DNA from: an uncultured Acidobacteriota bacterium
Lineage (GTDB): Bacteria; Acidobacteriota; Blastocatellia; RBC074
DNA length: 64,000 bases
Assembly: GCA_963796275.1 (NCBI GenBank)
Contig: CAWCKY010000006.1
Coordinates: 1,760,001 to 1,824,000 of the forward strand
Direction: 5' to 3'
Shown: in pieces, positions 29,897 through 41,619 of the stretch
Layout: every line of letters begins with the position of its first letter
How positions within the stretch are numbered: position 1 is the first letter of the stretch
Program-made: the position numbers and the translations under genes
The notes under the pieces: generated by a model
What the model saw: the letters and a program-made list of their open reading frames with translations, nothing else
The model's database searches: none
What the model was told of the DNA's origin: nothing

Positions 29897-29912
29897 TGCA
29901 TCTTGCGGGCCA
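29897..29912 (-). promoter_or_regulatory. candidate sigma-54 promoter
   Basis: TGGCCCGCAAGATGCA, with GG and GC 12 bp apart (-24/-12), about 80 bp upstream of the 29817 start. Confidence 0.5.
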
Positions 29913-30225
29913 CACGCCCTGCTGCGGCGTAAGTGATTGATTTATCGACGCCAAGCGGTCTCCCTGAGCGCGCCTGAACATCAAGAAACCAGGTTTGGGC
30001 GCACGAAAACGTTAACGCTCGAACCGAATGGGAGCTTTTCCTGAATGGAGGAACGGCGTTTTACTTGCCATTGACTTCTATTCCGATGGGATTGAGTCTC
30101 ACTGTTGTCGTGTAGGTGCTCGGTACTGCACACATAGCTGAAGAAGCGCAGGCCTTGCCAGAATAACGAATCTCCGACAATTCTTTCATCATGGAATTCC
30201 ACCGTTTATCATCCGCGAAAGAATA

Positions 30226-30264
30226 CTCCATTCAAGCTCGCCAAGATGCTCGCTATGGATGGAG
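30226..30264. repeat. 39-bp palindromic element, copy 1 (IS200/IS605 end-like)
   Basis: CTCCATTCAAGCTCGCCAAGATGCTCGCTATGGATGGAG, 37/39 identical to 47805-47843. Confidence 0.75.
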
Positions 30265-30583
30265 TAGTTACTCCTCCTACAATGTTGCAAAACTGATGAT
30301 AGAGTTCTCGACCAATATCCCGCGCGAACGGCTCCAACCGGGCTATGGTGACGGATTTTATGGTGCGCCTCTCAATACGGTGGAGCCTTCTCACATCCCA
30401 TCTGCGCGGGATCGAGGATGTCATCATCGTGGCAAGTCGAGAGCCAAAAAAGGCTCCTCTTCTGGAGGTCCGCGTCATGTATGAACCAAGCCGCATCTTT
30501 GCCAGCGCCGTCAAGATTGCCCTGAACCTCGGGTATGAGCAGTACGCCAGACACGTGGCCGTGCGTTTGAAGCGGGAGGCCCC

Positions 30584-30655
30584 GTCAAATCCGCCGTTGC
30601 AGCGGACGTGATCCTCGCATACGTTCGGGTTCACAGCACTGAACGGCAGTTAGGC
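30584..30655 (+). mobile_element. integron attC site (72 bp, degenerate R'')
   Basis: GTCAAAT-CCGCCGTTGCAGCGGAC...GCACTGAACGGCA-GTTAGGC. The upstream ORF ends '...PSNPPLQRT*', as cassette ORFs typically do. Confidence 0.7.
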
Positions 30656-30772
30656 GGCTGAGAATGAATTCGTAATCTCAAAACTGCCGCCGAATATTTG
30701 CATTCACTCGCCCAGGTTCTACGTAATTATCGGTGTCTAGCTAGACCAAATAAAAATAGATAGGAGAAAGGA

Positions 30773-31795
30773 ATGAGAGCACGGATTCGGACTGTTACTG
30801 TTCTAATGCTAATTGGGTTGCTTGCCATCTTCGCCTCTTCGCAAGCCCAGAAGCCGAGTGAAAAATGGCTCCCGTGGCCCATCGACCCTGCCCGCAAATT
30901 GGAAAGCCGCCGCGAGGCCTTGGATCAAGTGTTGAGACAGAAAGATGCCGGCCAGTTGCTCGCTCTACGGCAAGTCGAGGAACAACTCCACAATCCAATT
31001 GGCCTGCCCACCCGCCTTCCGCCACCGAAGATGAAATCGCTCGTGCGGGAGGAAATCATTGAGCATGGACGGCGATCGCACATTGCGCTAGGCTGGCTCT
31101 TCAAGCCAGAAAACGGGAAGTGGCAATTTTACCTTGCTGGTGCATTTCCGGTAACCGATGGTGGCGTGATCTGCACAGCCTATCATTTAATGGATATAGC
31201 CGACATAGTTCGCGAGCGCAAATTTCGCGACTGCTACCTGGTCGCTTTCAACTCAAAAGGCGAGTCGCTCCGCATCGAGAGGATCGTCGCCGCAAATAAG
31301 ACAATGGACACATGCCTCATTCAGGTTCGAGGCGAGACGGGGCCAGCGCTTCCGATGATTGACACCCCGCCGGGTGGCACGGTTTATTGCTTCAGCCAGC
31401 CGATGTGGTTGCACAGCTACTTCAGCGAAGGCATCGTCAACCGCTATTATTGGGACAGCGAAGTCCTCGGAAAACCTGGTAGCCTGGAAGAAGTCGCGCA
31501 TCTGCGCATGAATGTGAGTTGCCCGTGGGGCTCCGGGTCGAGCGGATCCGCGGTGCTCGACGAACGCGGTAATGTTTGTGGCATGGTCTCCGGCATAGAC
31601 GTGATAGGCGGAGAGTATTTAGCGCCTAGCCCTGAAGACGATTTTTCGAAAGATAAGAAAGATGGCGAGGGAACGGCTCAGGAGAAATCCTCTGGCAACG
31701 GTCCAGCCACGGGGCTCCAGGTTTACAGGGCTGTGCCAATGCGCGCTATTCGTGCTCTTGCGGTTCAGCAAGAATCGGGGACACAACCGAAATGA
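30773..31795 (+). CDS. secreted trypsin-like (S1) serine protease, cassette-like
   Basis: Signal peptide; 'CTAYH', 'MDTCLI' and 'GSSGSAVLD' catalytic triad motifs. Confidence 0.85.
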   Translation: MRARIRTVTVLMLIGLLAIFASSQAQKPSEKWLPWPIDPARKLESRREALDQVLRQKDAGQLLALRQVEEQLHNPIGLPTRLPPPKMKSLVREEIIEHGRRSHIALGWLFKPENGKWQFYLAGAFPVTDGGVICTAYHLMDIADIVRERKFRDCYLVAFNSKGESLRIERIVAANKTMDTCLIQVRGETGPALPMIDTPPGGTVYCFSQPMWLHSYFSEGIVNRYYWDSEVLGKPGSLEEVAHLRMNVSCPWGSGSSGSAVLDERGNVCGMVSGIDVIGGEYLAPSPEDDFSKDKKDGEGTAQEKSSGNGPATGLQVYRAVPMRAIRALAVQQESGTQPK

Positions 31796-31820
31796 AGAGT
31801 TCCGGAAGGCCAAGATTGCG

Positions 31821-31907
31821 GCGTAACGCCCCGGTTGACCGGAGCGCTGGCAGCGAGTTTCTTGACATTCTTTCAGTGCCGCCGCCCGCGCCCTGGTCAG
31901 CCGGGGC
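31821..31907 (+). mobile_element. attC-like site lacking R'
   Basis: GCGTAAC-GCCCCGGTTGACCGGAGCGC...GCGCCCTGGTCAGCCGGGGC. Confidence 0.55.
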
Positions 31908-31949
31908 CCAGCAGAAAAGGCGGTTGCGGAGACGAATGCAGAAGCAGGG

Positions 31950-32288
31950 CGTCTGGGATTAAAGCTGACAACGCTTACTGTGGGCGATGAGGAGTTCGAC
32001 TTCGGTAAAGGTCAGTGGGATCTCGGGGTGCTGAGCTATGTCAGCCTGCGATATCTAGGGCAACGAGTTTTCGATTCGCTCAAGCCAGGTGGCCGAGTAA
32101 TCGTAGAAGGCTTTCACCGTGAAGCGACCAAAGACGGTCCAATAGGAGGCGGGGTAGTCTTTGATACCAATGAGTTGTTGACGATCTTTAACAAGTTCCG
32201 GATTTTGTATTATAAGGATGTTCAAGGTGTTGGTGACTTTGGACTCAGAGATACTCGTCTTGTCCGGCTTTGTGCTCGAAAGCCATAA
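31950..32288 (+). pseudogene. class I SAM methyltransferase 3' fragment
   Basis: 'FDFGKGQWDL...LKPGGRVIVEGF...NELL'; motif I is missing. Confidence 0.6.
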
Positions 32289-32312
32289 TATTGCGTTTTA
32301 CACTATCGCTGC

Positions 32313-32410
32313 GCCTAACCCACGTTCCACCCGAGCCGCGCGAGAGATTTTGCATCAAGTTGAGCATTTACCACCATTGGGCTTGCTCCTGCGCACGGCC
32401 CGGGTGAACT
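32313..32410 (+). mobile_element. attC-like site lacking R'
   Basis: GCCTAAC-CCACGTTCCACCCGAGCCGCGCG...GCGCACGGCCCGGGTGAAC. Confidence 0.6.
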
Positions 32411-32464
32411 TCACATCGCACATTTTCTATCCTCTGCACTCCCATAATCAGTCCGCTATTTTTC

Positions 32465-33676
32465 CTATTCTGATCGGAGAACAATCAGCGGATCCACCTT
32501 CGTCGCCCGCCTCGCCGGGAGGTAACAAGCCAGCATCGCCACCCCCGCGAGCAATAGCGAGATGATGGCGAAGGTCGTTGTGTCGGTTTCGCTGATGCCG
32601 AAGAGCATGGCCTTCATCAGCCGCGTCAAACCAAACGCAGCCATCAGACCGATTGCCAGACCGCTCATCGCCAGAATCATCCCCTGTCGGACGACTAGCT
32701 TTAACACATCGCGCCGCTGTGCGCCCAGAGCCATCCGAATTCCGATCTCCTGCGTGCGTGCGCTAACCGCATAAGAGATCACGCCGTACACCCCAATCTG
32801 CGATATGACCAATGCCAGGACTGCGAACAGCACCAGTAGGATCGCGCCATAACGCACCTGCGCCGTCGCTTCTGTAAACTTTTCATCGATCGTCCTGATC
32901 GTGGCCACCAGGATATTACGATCAAGCGCTGCGATTTCTCGCCTGACCGCCATGGCTAGTGCGGCTTTCTCAATCGTGCCACGGACGCTCAGCGCGTTTG
33001 GGAGACGGCCGGTATGCTGTGTATTCGGAACGTAGACGCTTACTGCGGGGCTATCCTCGAGGCGCCAGTAAGGCACATCGGCGATGACACCGACTACTTC
33101 GATCCATTGTTCGTCCGATCCAAGACTGATCAGTGCGCCGAGCGGGTCTGCGCCTGGCCAGAACCTTCGGGCAGTGTTCTCACTAATTATCGTGACACGT
33201 TTGCCCCCGGTGCGATCATCGTAGGTAAAGTTCCGGCCGCGCGTGAGGGGGATACGGAATGTGGAAAGATATTCCGGTGAGATGTTATGAAGCTCTACTC
33301 CCCTGCCAGCCATGTCGGATGGGGTGAACTGCCCCTGTATCCTCATCGTTCGGTAGCCAACACTCACGCCAGAAAGCGGGGTGTTTTTGGATATGCTGGC
33401 CTGCTCGACTCCCGGTAGCACGGCGATGCGTTCACGCAGCTGATTGAAGAAGTTTTCGATTGTTCTCCGAACGCCACACTTGGAGGTCCATTCCATCTGC
33501 TCGAGATGCAAAAGAGCGGGATACATCGTCCCTTGATTGAGCTGAAAGCGGTCGGCGCTGATCTGTTCTATGGGCCTGGCGACCCCATAGCCGTGCAGCG
33601 GCCCGAGAGTCTCCAGAGTTTTGAGGATAATCAGATTGAGAGTCCCGGGAAGCAGCTGGCCCTTATTCTGTTCCAT
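32465..33676 (-). pseudogene. in-frame deletion fusion of PadR regulator N-terminus and ADOP ABC permease C-terminus
   Basis: 'GTLNLIILKTL...HGYGVA...QGTMYPALLHLE' is joined at ~33470 to 'FFNQLRERIAVLPGVE...RTQEIGIRMALGA...PARRATKVDP'. Confidence 0.8.
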
Positions 33677-34190
33677 TATTCCTCCTGTTGGTGAACAGCA
33701 GGAGAGTAAATCATACTCTGTCGGTAGTCAACACAAACGAGCGTGGTTCCCGTCGTAGGGGGGAGGGAATCAAAGTCCGGATTCGGCCCGAAGTGAGCTC
33801 GTTCAGGGTCACTGCCTGGCCGCCTAAAAATATCCCTACCAGCCAACCTCCAGGCACTTTCGGGGGATAGAAACTTGCTTTACTGCCATCGCTGAACTTT
33901 GCTTTTATTTCATCCCAATAAAGCATACGCCTCCTGATTATGGTTAACGAGGTTGTTGTGCGGAATGTGCCGCAACTGATAAAGCAAAGGCTGGTTGAAA
34001 TCATGATGAAATCAGCTGGCCTTGTCAGCATATCGGCTTTGCTGCACCGCGAGCTAATAATCCTCTTTCCGAATAGAGCCCAGGATAATCACATTTAGTG
34101 ACTATCCTGGACCTCGTAACTTACTATTGGCCGAGAACTGTCCGCGCTGAGTGATGCGACATCTCAACAACACAAGTAGACTCGCTCGTC

Positions 34191-34634
34191 TTAATGATAA
34201 GCAACGAGGGACACTGTTTGAGGCTCATTCGCGCTTTTAGACAGATTGCTCCTGGCGCGAATAAGCTCCCTTTCAGCGCGGGACATGAATGCCTCGCGCC
34301 CGGTTTTGTTTCCAGTCATCCATATCGTAGAGAGGAAATACTCGTCTCCATACCGGTGGAAGACTAGCGATGATTCATCTGGTGTCTCGCTGGCTCTAGC
34401 GCCGATCGTCGAAAAAATCTCAGTCGCGCTACCGTCTGCGTTTTCAATCACTAGAACGCCTTGGTACAGCTGCCTGACGGTGTATTCACCCGCCGGGAGT
34501 GCTTCATTCCAGACGGAGAATTCGAATGGGATGTTCACCTTGAGACGCAATTCGGATTGCGCATAGACGGACCCAGCCGCCAGCGTGACCAACAGACTCA
34601 ACATCGAAAAAATCTTGAGAACTTGCTTTTTCAT
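34191..34634 (-). CDS. secreted hypothetical protein (acidobacterial 'IPFEF...LPAGEY' family)
   Basis: Signal peptide; 'VNIPFEFSVWNEALPAGEYTV' and 'LVFHRYGDEYFLSTIW'. Confidence 0.8.
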   Translation of the reverse strand: MKKQVLKIFSMLSLLVTLAAGSVYAQSELRLKVNIPFEFSVWNEALPAGEYTVRQLYQGVLVIENADGSATEIFSTIGARASETPDESSLVFHRYGDEYFLSTIWMTGNKTGREAFMSRAERELIRARSNLSKSANEPQTVSLVAYH

Positions 34635-34759
34635 ATGACCTCCTTCTGGTCTTGATCAGGCAATGGCCGAAGGCGCTCGGCCTTCAGGTTTCACTTGGGC
34701 GACCATAGTCTCGTGACCAATCGCTGCGCCACCCGTGGGACCGGCCTGCGGACTGCCTT

Positions 34760-34797
34760 CACCGACTAAGGCGTAGCGCGTCTCCCAAAGCGGCCTC
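34760..34797 (-). promoter_or_regulatory. candidate ECF-sigma promoter
   Basis: GAGGCCGCTTTGGG...TACGCCTTA, matching 14752-14790. It is divergent from an ECF sigma gene. Confidence 0.45.
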
Positions 34798-34904
34798 GCC
34801 CGCCAAATACATTTTCGCCGGCTGTGTTCGGCGTCCTAGTAGTTCTCACCTGGTTGTGTTAAGGTGTATTAGAGGCAGCTAACCTTAGCCCAAGGAGGGA
34901 TCTT

Positions 34905-35489
34905 ATGAATATGCCCTCTTCGCATGAAGTCACTCAACTGCTTGTAGCTTGGAGTGACGGAGATCAAGCTGCCCTTGAGCGATTAACCCCGCTGGTCTAC
35001 AGAGAATTGCATCGGCTGGCTGAAGGATATATGCATCGAGAGCGTCCAGGCCATCTCCTGCAAACCACGGCACTTGTAAATGAAGCCTACCTGCGCCTGA
35101 TCAATTGGAAGAATGTGTGCTGGCAGAACCGCGCCCATTTCTTCGGAGTGGCAGCGCAGATGATGCGTCGTATTCTGGTGGATTTCGCTCGCGCTCGTCA
35201 GCAGGACAAGCACGGCGGCGCGCTGCGCCAGGTCTCGTTTGATGAAGCGGATGTGGCGCCAGTCGAGCAGAGTGCTGAGTTCATTGCCCTCGACGAGGCG
35301 CTCGAGCGATTGGCCGCCATTGATCCGCGCAGAAGCCGGATAGTGGAGCTGCGCTTTTTCGGCGGATTGAGTGAAGAGGAAACAGCCGTAGTGCTCAAGG
35401 TCTCGCCACGCACGGTGCGGCGGGAGTGGAGTTTGGCCCGGGCCTGGCTCCATCGCGAGTTGAGGCAGGGGAGGGACAATGAAGCCTGA
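34905..35489 (+). CDS. ECF sigma-70 factor (TIGR02999-like, kinase-associated)
   Basis: '[13 protein letters not shown]...[14 protein letters not shown]...[19 protein letters not shown]...VELRFFGGL'. Confidence 0.93.
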   Translation: MNMPSSHEVTQLLVAWSDGDQAALERLTPLVYRELHRLAEGYMHRERPGHLLQTTALVNEAYLRLINWKNVCWQNRAHFFGVAAQMMRRILVDFARARQQDKHGGALRQVSFDEADVAPVEQSAEFIALDEALERLAAIDPRRSRIVELRFFGGLSEEETAVVLKVSPRTVRREWSLARAWLHRELRQGRDNEA

Positions 35490-38478
35490 GCGATGGAAGC
35501 AAATCGAGAAACTCTATTACGCCGCCTTGGAGCTTGACGTGAGCCGGCGCGCAGCCTTCCTCGATCAAGCTTGCGCCGGCGACGAGGGGCTGCGCAGAGA
35601 AATCGCGTCGCTCCTGGCATCGGACGAGCAGGCGGGAAGCTTCCTGGCCGCGCCCGCCGTAGAGGTAGCGGCCCGTAGTATAGCCGCGGCGCCAATCTCA
35701 TCACCCATTGGGCGGCGGATCGGCCAATATCAAGTGGAGTCTCTGTTGGGCGTGGGCGGAATGGGCGAGGTCTACCAGGCGCGCGACGTCAGGCTCGACC
35801 GCACAGTAGCTCTGAAAATTCTACCTATCGAGTTCGCGAAGGACGAAAAGCGGATGTGTCGATTCATTCGCGAGGCGAAAGCCGCCTCGGCGCTCAATCA
35901 TCCACATGTTGCGACGATCTATGAAATCGGCGAGTCCGGAGGGCGGAACTTCATTGCCATGGAGTATGTCGAAGGGCAGACGCTCGCGGCCAGAATCAAC
36001 GGCCATCCGCTTAAGGTGGGTGAGCTCGTGGAGTTCGGAAGCCAGATTGCCGACGCACTGGATGAAGCGCATAGCAAGAGAATCATCCATCGTGATATTA
36101 AACCGACGAATGTCATGCTCAACTCACGCGGGCAGGTAAAGGTTCTCGACTTCGGATTGGCGAAAATCCATCAACCTCCTGAACAGTCTATCGATAAGAA
36201 CGGTATCACACTCGCGAAGACCGAGCCGGGCGTAGTGATGGGGACCTTGCCGTATCTGAGTCCGGAGCAAGCACTGGGACGTGATGTGGATCACCGTACC
36301 GACATCTTCAGTCTGGGGGTGATGCTTTATCAAATGGCGACTGGACGCTTGCCCTGGTCCGGAAAGAATTCAAGCGAATTGCTGGACCTGATCCTGCACG
36401 CGCAGCCGGAAGCGATAGCTCGATTCAATCACGACGCGCCCCCTGAGTTTGAGCAGATTGTGCGAAAATGTTTGGAGAAGGAGCGAGAGGCTCGCTACCA
36501 AACTATCAAAGAATTCCTGAACGATCTTGAGCCTATCAGAAGCAGCCTCGTCAGACCACACGCGACTGCGAACAATAAAGGCATAGGCACCAGAATCAAC
36601 CGCCATAAGATCGGTTGGGCCCTTGCTCTGATCGCGTTGATCCTGACGACTGTCGTTGCGATTTACCTGCCTTCTGTGATTCGAGATCGATCCCAAGCCG
36701 TCCAACCGGCGATCCGCCCATTGCGACGCTTGACCTCAGACCCGGGCTTGCAAAGCGAACCAACCTGGTCGCCCAAAAGTGACTTCATCGCTTACAGTTC
36801 CAACCGGAGCGGCAACTTCGACATTTGGGTTCAGCCAATCAGTGGGGGCGATCCGGTACAGGTGACCCACTCTCCCGAACACGACTGGCAGCCCGACTGG
36901 TCGCCTGACGGCAGTCAGATCGTTTTCCGCTCGGAGCGGGATGGCGGTGGGCTGTTCGTGGTTCCTGCTTTTGGTGGACACGAAAGCAAAATCTTCGCTT
37001 TCGGCTCTTACCCGCGATGGTCGCCTGACGGCACCAGGATTTTGTTCGGAGTTACGGGTTTTCAGCCCAGAGTGTATGTCGGAACTCTCGATGGCCTGCC
37101 GCCACACGAGGTTCAGCCTGAGTTTCTCTCTGACTTTGTCAACCTTTATGCATTTTTTTGGCATCCTGACGGCCAGCAGATCTCTCTTTATGGAGAGAAG
37201 AGCATGGATGAATGGAGTCACTGGTTAGCCCCACTGACTGGCGGACCGCCCAAAAAGTCCGAACTGGTTACTGAGGTCGAAAAGCAATTTCGGGAACACC
37301 AACTGCAGAGAGTAACCCGTGGCAGGTGGGCGCCTTCGGGGCGAAGCATCTACTTCTCCACCGTTTCGCTGGGCCTAAGAGACATCTGGAAGGTAACGGT
37401 TGACCCACAGACCTCGAGATGGATTGCAGGTCCCGAGAGGCTCTCGGTCGGCTTGGGAAGCGATACCGACTTTGCGCTTTCAGCAGACGGCAAACGACTG
37501 GCTTTCACCATGCGGGTCGAGACGATTCGTGCCTGGTCTTTCCCGTTCGATGCCGATGCCGGCAGAATCAAAGGTCAAGGCCAGCCTATCACCTCAACCG
37601 GGATGATTCCCACAGAAATCAACCTGACGCCAGACAGCAAGAAGATCGCCTTTAATGCAAATCGTCCCGGATCGCGAAAGTCCGAACTCTGGGAAAAGTC
37701 ATTGGATGATGGTCGAGAAACGTTATTGGCCACTCGGACTCAATCTACCAAGACCTTTTGTAGCCCGAGTTGGTCGCGCGATGGGGCACGCATCGCCTAC
37801 TTATTTTACGATCCAGCTACTCAGAAGAACGGTCCTCAAATTCTGACAAAACCTGCAGGTGGCGGTGACGAGCAGATCATTGCTTCAGGCGCAAACGATC
37901 TCCCCTCGGACTGGACCGCTGACGGGAAATGGATTCTCGCGACCACTGACCGCAAATCCCCGGGCAGGTATGGCTCAATCTGCCTTTATCCATTATCGGC
38001 TGCCCCTCACGCAGAAACGGAAATGCGCGTGATTACTTCCAGCCAGAAGTATCAACTTTTTAAGGCACGATTCTCTCCCGATGGTAAGTGGATTTGTTTT
38101 CTGGAGCAAAAGTCAGGTGCCGACTCCGCCATCTATGTCATGTCAGCGTCTGGCGGCGAGTGGACACCTATCACCGATGGCCAATCCTGGGATGATAAGC
38201 CGCAGTGGTCTCCCGACGGCAAGACCATCTATTTCGTTTCTTGCCACACCAGATTTTCTTGGCAAACCGGCATTTTCAACGTGTGGGGCCGCCGGTTCGA
38301 TCCGGCAATTGGAAAACCGGTAGGAGAACCCTTCCGCGTGACTAGCTTTGAAAGCCCGAGCCGAATGATCTATCCCAATACAACCCTCATGGATGTTGGG
38401 CTCGCTGCGGATCGTCTCGTCCTGCCGATCATGGAAGTATCAGGAAGCATTTGGATTTTGGAGAACGTAGATCGCTAA
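35479..38478 (+). CDS. membrane Ser/Thr protein kinase with periplasmic PD40/TolB-like propellers
   Basis: 'GVGGMGEVY', 'VALK', 'HRDIKPTN', 'DFGLAK', 'YLSPEQ', a TM segment and WSPDG repeats. Overlaps the sigma gene. Confidence 0.93.
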   Translation: MKPERWKQIEKLYYAALELDVSRRAAFLDQACAGDEGLRREIASLLASDEQAGSFLAAPAVEVAARSIAAAPISSPIGRRIGQYQVESLLGVGGMGEVYQARDVRLDRTVALKILPIEFAKDEKRMCRFIREAKAASALNHPHVATIYEIGESGGRNFIAMEYVEGQTLAARINGHPLKVGELVEFGSQIADALDEAHSKRIIHRDIKPTNVMLNSRGQVKVLDFGLAKIHQPPEQSIDKNGITLAKTEPGVVMGTLPYLSPEQALGRDVDHRTDIFSLGVMLYQMATGRLPWSGKNSSELLDLILHAQPEAIARFNHDAPPEFEQIVRKCLEKEREARYQTIKEFLNDLEPIRSSLVRPHATANNKGIGTRINRHKIGWALALIALILTTVVAIYLPSVIRDRSQAVQPAIRPLRRLTSDPGLQSEPTWSPKSDFIAYSSNRSGNFDIWVQPISGGDPVQVTHSPEHDWQPDWSPDGSQIVFRSERDGGGLFVVPAFGGHESKIFAFGSYPRWSPDGTRILFGVTGFQPRVYVGTLDGLPPHEVQPEFLSDFVNLYAFFWHPDGQQISLYGEKSMDEWSHWLAPLTGGPPKKSELVTEVEKQFREHQLQRVTRGRWAPSGRSIYFSTVSLGLRDIWKVTVDPQTSRWIAGPERLSVGLGSDTDFALSADGKRLAFTMRVETIRAWSFPFDADAGRIKGQGQPITSTGMIPTEINLTPDSKKIAFNANRPGSRKSELWEKSLDDGRETLLATRTQSTKTFCSPSWSRDGARIAYLFYDPATQKNGPQILTKPAGGGDEQIIASGANDLPSDWTADGKWILATTDRKSPGRYGSICLYPLSAAPHAETEMRVITSSQKYQLFKARFSPDGKWICFLEQKSGADSAIYVMSASGGEWTPITDGQSWDDKPQWSPDGKTIYFVSCHTRFSWQTGIFNVWGRRFDPAIGKPVGEPFRVTSFESPSRMIYPNTTLMDVGLAADRLVLPIMEVSGSIWILENVDR

Positions 38479-38742
38479 TTGTCAGGAGGGCAAGTAGTGC
38501 CGCGACTAAGGATTATCAACCAGAGGGCGGGTTTCTCTTTATTGCCCGTTCAACTTTAGGAATGACCCGCGAATGAACTCGGTTGAATCCGGAAATCCAA
38601 ACATAATCTTGAAAAGGCTGGAGCAATTCAACAACGTCGTTCCATCATTGATTCGGGAATGGGAAAAACTAACCACCATTGGATAGTTGCACTCCGTTTT
38701 ATCCAATGGCCCGAATCCATTCCATTTCGCGCCCGCATCTGT

Positions 38743-39606
38743 CTAGCATCTGGTAACTGGTAAGTATATGTCGGTCTGGTTCAGTCGCAATTGCGTATTC
38801 ACGCTGGCGGAATGGTATATCTCTATGGCGGGCAGACCAATCATTCGGTAGCCGGGGAGGGCGGTGACGCGCGGGAAAATGGCGGCATAGGCGGCGGGTA
38901 AGGTCTCAAACGAGCCAGCGTGCGTGGTTACGGCGAACTCGGCTCCAGCCAGCTTTTGATACCCGATCTGGCCATCCGGTTCGAATGGGCCAGGCGCCAC
39001 CAGCGCCGCGTCGAACCGTAAGTGTTCAGGAGGCGTTGTAATCGGCGCGTCGTGGCCAATCCCCAACCAGACTCTCGGCCCCGGTAAGCGCCGCTGCGTG
39101 GCCCACTGCTCTATAGCATCAAACAGCGTGGCCGGCACCGACTCGTACGGGCCGATATGACGTAGAAAGGCCAGATGCATTGAGCGCAAGCGAACTATTT
39201 TCGTGGAAGAAAGTTCAAACGCGGAGGTAACCTCCGCTGAGGCTTCGCGCGCTTGATGATTTCGTTCAAAAACCTGGAGCCGAATCCATTCGCGGTATTC
39301 ACTCGGTGTTTTGCCGAAGACTCGCCGAAAAGCGCGAATAAAGGTCTCATGATTTTGAAAGCCGCAATCGAGAGCGACATCTACCAACCTCGCATCGTGG
39401 AGTAGGAGTCGAAAAGCGCCCCGTTCGACGCGAAGCCGCATTACATATTCTCCTGGCGTCTCTCCGATGGCCGCTTTGAATAAACGATGGAAATACGAGG
39501 GCGACAACCCCGCTTTCCCGCTGAGCGCCGCCAAACTTAGATCGCCATCCAGATTCGCCTGTATGTGAATCAACAGGGGCAATAATTTTTGCCAGTCTTC
39601 GTTCAC
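38743..39606 (-). CDS. AraC family regulator with GyrI-like effector domain
   Basis: GTG start overlaps the upstream stop. 'LSPSYFHRLFK', 'DVALDCGFQNHETFIRAF', 'HIGPY', 'LRFDAA'. Confidence 0.9.
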   Translation of the reverse strand: MNEDWQKLLPLLIHIQANLDGDLSLAALSGKAGLSPSYFHRLFKAAIGETPGEYVMRLRVERGAFRLLLHDARLVDVALDCGFQNHETFIRAFRRVFGKTPSEYREWIRLQVFERNHQAREASAEVTSAFELSSTKIVRLRSMHLAFLRHIGPYESVPATLFDAIEQWATQRRLPGPRVWLGIGHDAPITTPPEHLRFDAALVAPGPFEPDGQIGYQKLAGAEFAVTTHAGSFETLPAAYAAIFPRVTALPGYRMIGLPAIEIYHSASVNTQLRLNQTDIYLPVTRC

Positions 39607-40040
39607 CGCGTCGCCTCGACCGGCTGCCTCAAGCCGTGCTGCCCTCCGAGATAACACGCCAATAGCTTGGTCGCATAACTCAACCCTATCAGCCACAGTA
39701 TCGCGATGGCAGACGGACCTCTCATCAGCAGGAGCAGGAGTACGTCGAGAGTCAGAAAGACTCCGAACAGGGCTAAAGCTGTGGGCAAAGACCTGGCGAT
39801 CCAGCGGCTGGCAGAGTAGAAGATGGGAAAGCCGGCGATAATTGACACCCAAGGCCCTGATGCTTGCGCATGTTGTTCATAAACCGTCATCGGTTGGCCG
39901 GCATTCAAAACGTGACTGTAGATCGCCACCCAAACGACAGCCGCAATCACTTGCGCGACTTCAGCCAATAATGCCCCGCCCACCGCCGCGCCCCAACGGA
40001 TTCGCTGTATGCTCATAAACGAAGCTTTTTTTGTGTCCAT
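39603..40040 (-). CDS. membrane hypothetical protein
   Basis: About four hydrophobic segments; coupled to the AraC gene by a GTGA overlap. Confidence 0.7.
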   Translation of the reverse strand: MDTKKASFMSIQRIRWGAAVGGALLAEVAQVIAAVVWVAIYSHVLNAGQPMTVYEQHAQASGPWVSIIAGFPIFYSASRWIARSLPTALALFGVFLTLDVLLLLLMRGPSAIAILWLIGLSYATKLLACYLGGQHGLRQPVEATR

Positions 40041-40329
40041 CCAGAAATTCTACGCGCCCCCCTGTCGATTGTCTTGACGAATCTTGCTGCGGAGGTGGAA
40101 TTTGCAGCCTGAATGATTACGCCGCCAGGTTCTGTTACCGCGACGCCGCAAGGACACCATCGGCTCCTGTAATCCCGTCCGCTTCTGCTAATGCTAAGCT
40201 CAGGCTCCAATGAAGCGGCTCAGCGCCAGGGTCGCCACGTTGTAATAGACGGTCTTTATTCATGTAGGAGGGTGATTGCCGGATGAGGATGTCGATTGCA
40301 ACAGAAACACATATGACGCTTGAACAATA

Positions 40330-40680
40330 GAAGTGTCAGGCGTGAAGCGCGAAGCGTGATGTGGCTGGTGATCAGCCGCGTGTGGTTGGTGATGATCGTG
40401 GTAGCCTCGATTCGGCGTCAGGCTGAGCGCGCGCCGGAATGATCACGTATTCATCTAGCTCGTCCATGCCGAAGTTTATGATGCGGAAGAGCGGGTCTTT
40501 CATTCCTTTGATGTGATGATAGACGCCTGCCTCGGTAAGCCCGACAGCTTCGGCGATGTCGTTATGGATGTGGCGTCGTAGCCCTTTCGCAAATTAGCAC
40601 AGCCGCCACGCGGTAAATCTCCCCCAGACGATTCGTTTCGTCCAAAGCGGAGAGCTTGAATGAGGATTTCGTTCTCAATG
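40330..40680 (-). pseudogene. TetR/AcrR regulator, frameshifted
   Basis: Across frames: 'EIYRVAAVLICE-GYDATS-NDIAEAVGLTEAGVYHHIKG...LFRIINFGMD'. Confidence 0.7.
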
Positions 40681-40700
40681 TCGTTTCTCCTGATTTATGT

Positions 40701-41132
40701 TCATTTGGCGCCCCTCTCTTTCGTTTGCTTTGGGCCGATGCTGTGAATGTAGTTGATGATTTGCCATATCTGCTTCTCCTTGAGCCTCTCTCGGTAAGCC
40801 AGCATGTCAGCCGACACGCCATCGCGGATGACGACGAAGATTTCGCCGTCGGTAGAGCCGTAATCCCAGACGTCGTCGGTCAGGTCGGACGGCTCGCCGC
40901 CTGAGAGCGCCAGTCCGCCGTCGCCCTTGCCGTTCGGGCCGTGACACGCGGCGCAATAGCGCTGGTAGAGCTCCTTTCCGGCTTCAATGGATTCAGCGTT
41001 TTGCGGCTCGGGATTCTTAAGCTTCTGCGCTTCGAGATTGCGGCGCTGCTCTTGCGCCTGAAGCGTCGGCCAAAGTCCGGTCATGACGAGTGCGAGCACC
41101 AGCCAAATGATCCTGTTATTCCTGAGGGACAT
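40701..41132 (-). CDS. periplasmic class I cytochrome c
   Basis: Signal peptide, CAACH heme motif and distal Met 'ADMLAY'. Confidence 0.9.
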   Translation of the reverse strand: MSLRNNRIIWLVLALVMTGLWPTLQAQEQRRNLEAQKLKNPEPQNAESIEAGKELYQRYCAACHGPNGKGDGGLALSGGEPSDLTDDVWDYGSTDGEIFVVIRDGVSADMLAYRERLKEKQIWQIINYIHSIGPKQTKERGAK

Positions 41133-41619
41133 CGAAATTCTCCATCAGATATTCGGGGTGTCGCTCTCGCAGGTGCAGAAACAGTTCATGCGCCAGATTG
41201 ACGATGCGTTTGACCCCATACGCGTATTGATTGTTTTTGACTTTGAGCGAAACTGAAACAACGCCTCCCTGGTTCGAGCAGGAAACCTCGGCTCGTTTGC
41301 GATCGATCCGCCGGTGTTCTGGCAACTCCTTGTCGTGCCGCCGCTCGATGAAGCTCTTCAATTCGGCGTAGAGGGCGGATTTCGCCGGAATGTTGGGCAG
41401 AAGCCGGTTGAATCGCAACTCGTGTTTCTCTGTGTTCACTCTCAATTCCATCAGGTGATTGACCGCCCAAACGAATTGGAAGCGCTTGTTTTTGGTTTCA
41501 CTGAAGCCGCGAAAGACGCCACGGTCAGCGTAAGCCTGTAAGCTTTCTCTGACCACGGTCAGTGGTTTATTTATTTGTTCTCGGGCGACTGCCATAGAAT
41601 TGGTAGATGGATTCGCCAA
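41116..41619 (-). CDS. conserved hypothetical protein
   Basis: Well-formed ORF overlapping the cytochrome c start; no motif recognised. Confidence 0.65.
   Translation of the reverse strand: MANPSTNSMAVAREQINKPLTVVRESLQAYADRGVFRGFSETKNKRFQFVWAVNHLMELRVNTEKHELRFNRLLPNIPAKSALYAELKSFIERRHDKELPEHRRIDRKRAEVSCSNQGGVVSVSLKVKNNQYAYGVKRIVNLAHELFLHLRERHPEYLMENFDVPQE

Noticed and set aside
39607-39852. N-terminal extension of the AraC ORF
   Set aside because: It overlaps the upstream membrane gene; GTG 39606 gives a normal-length AraC-GyrI protein.
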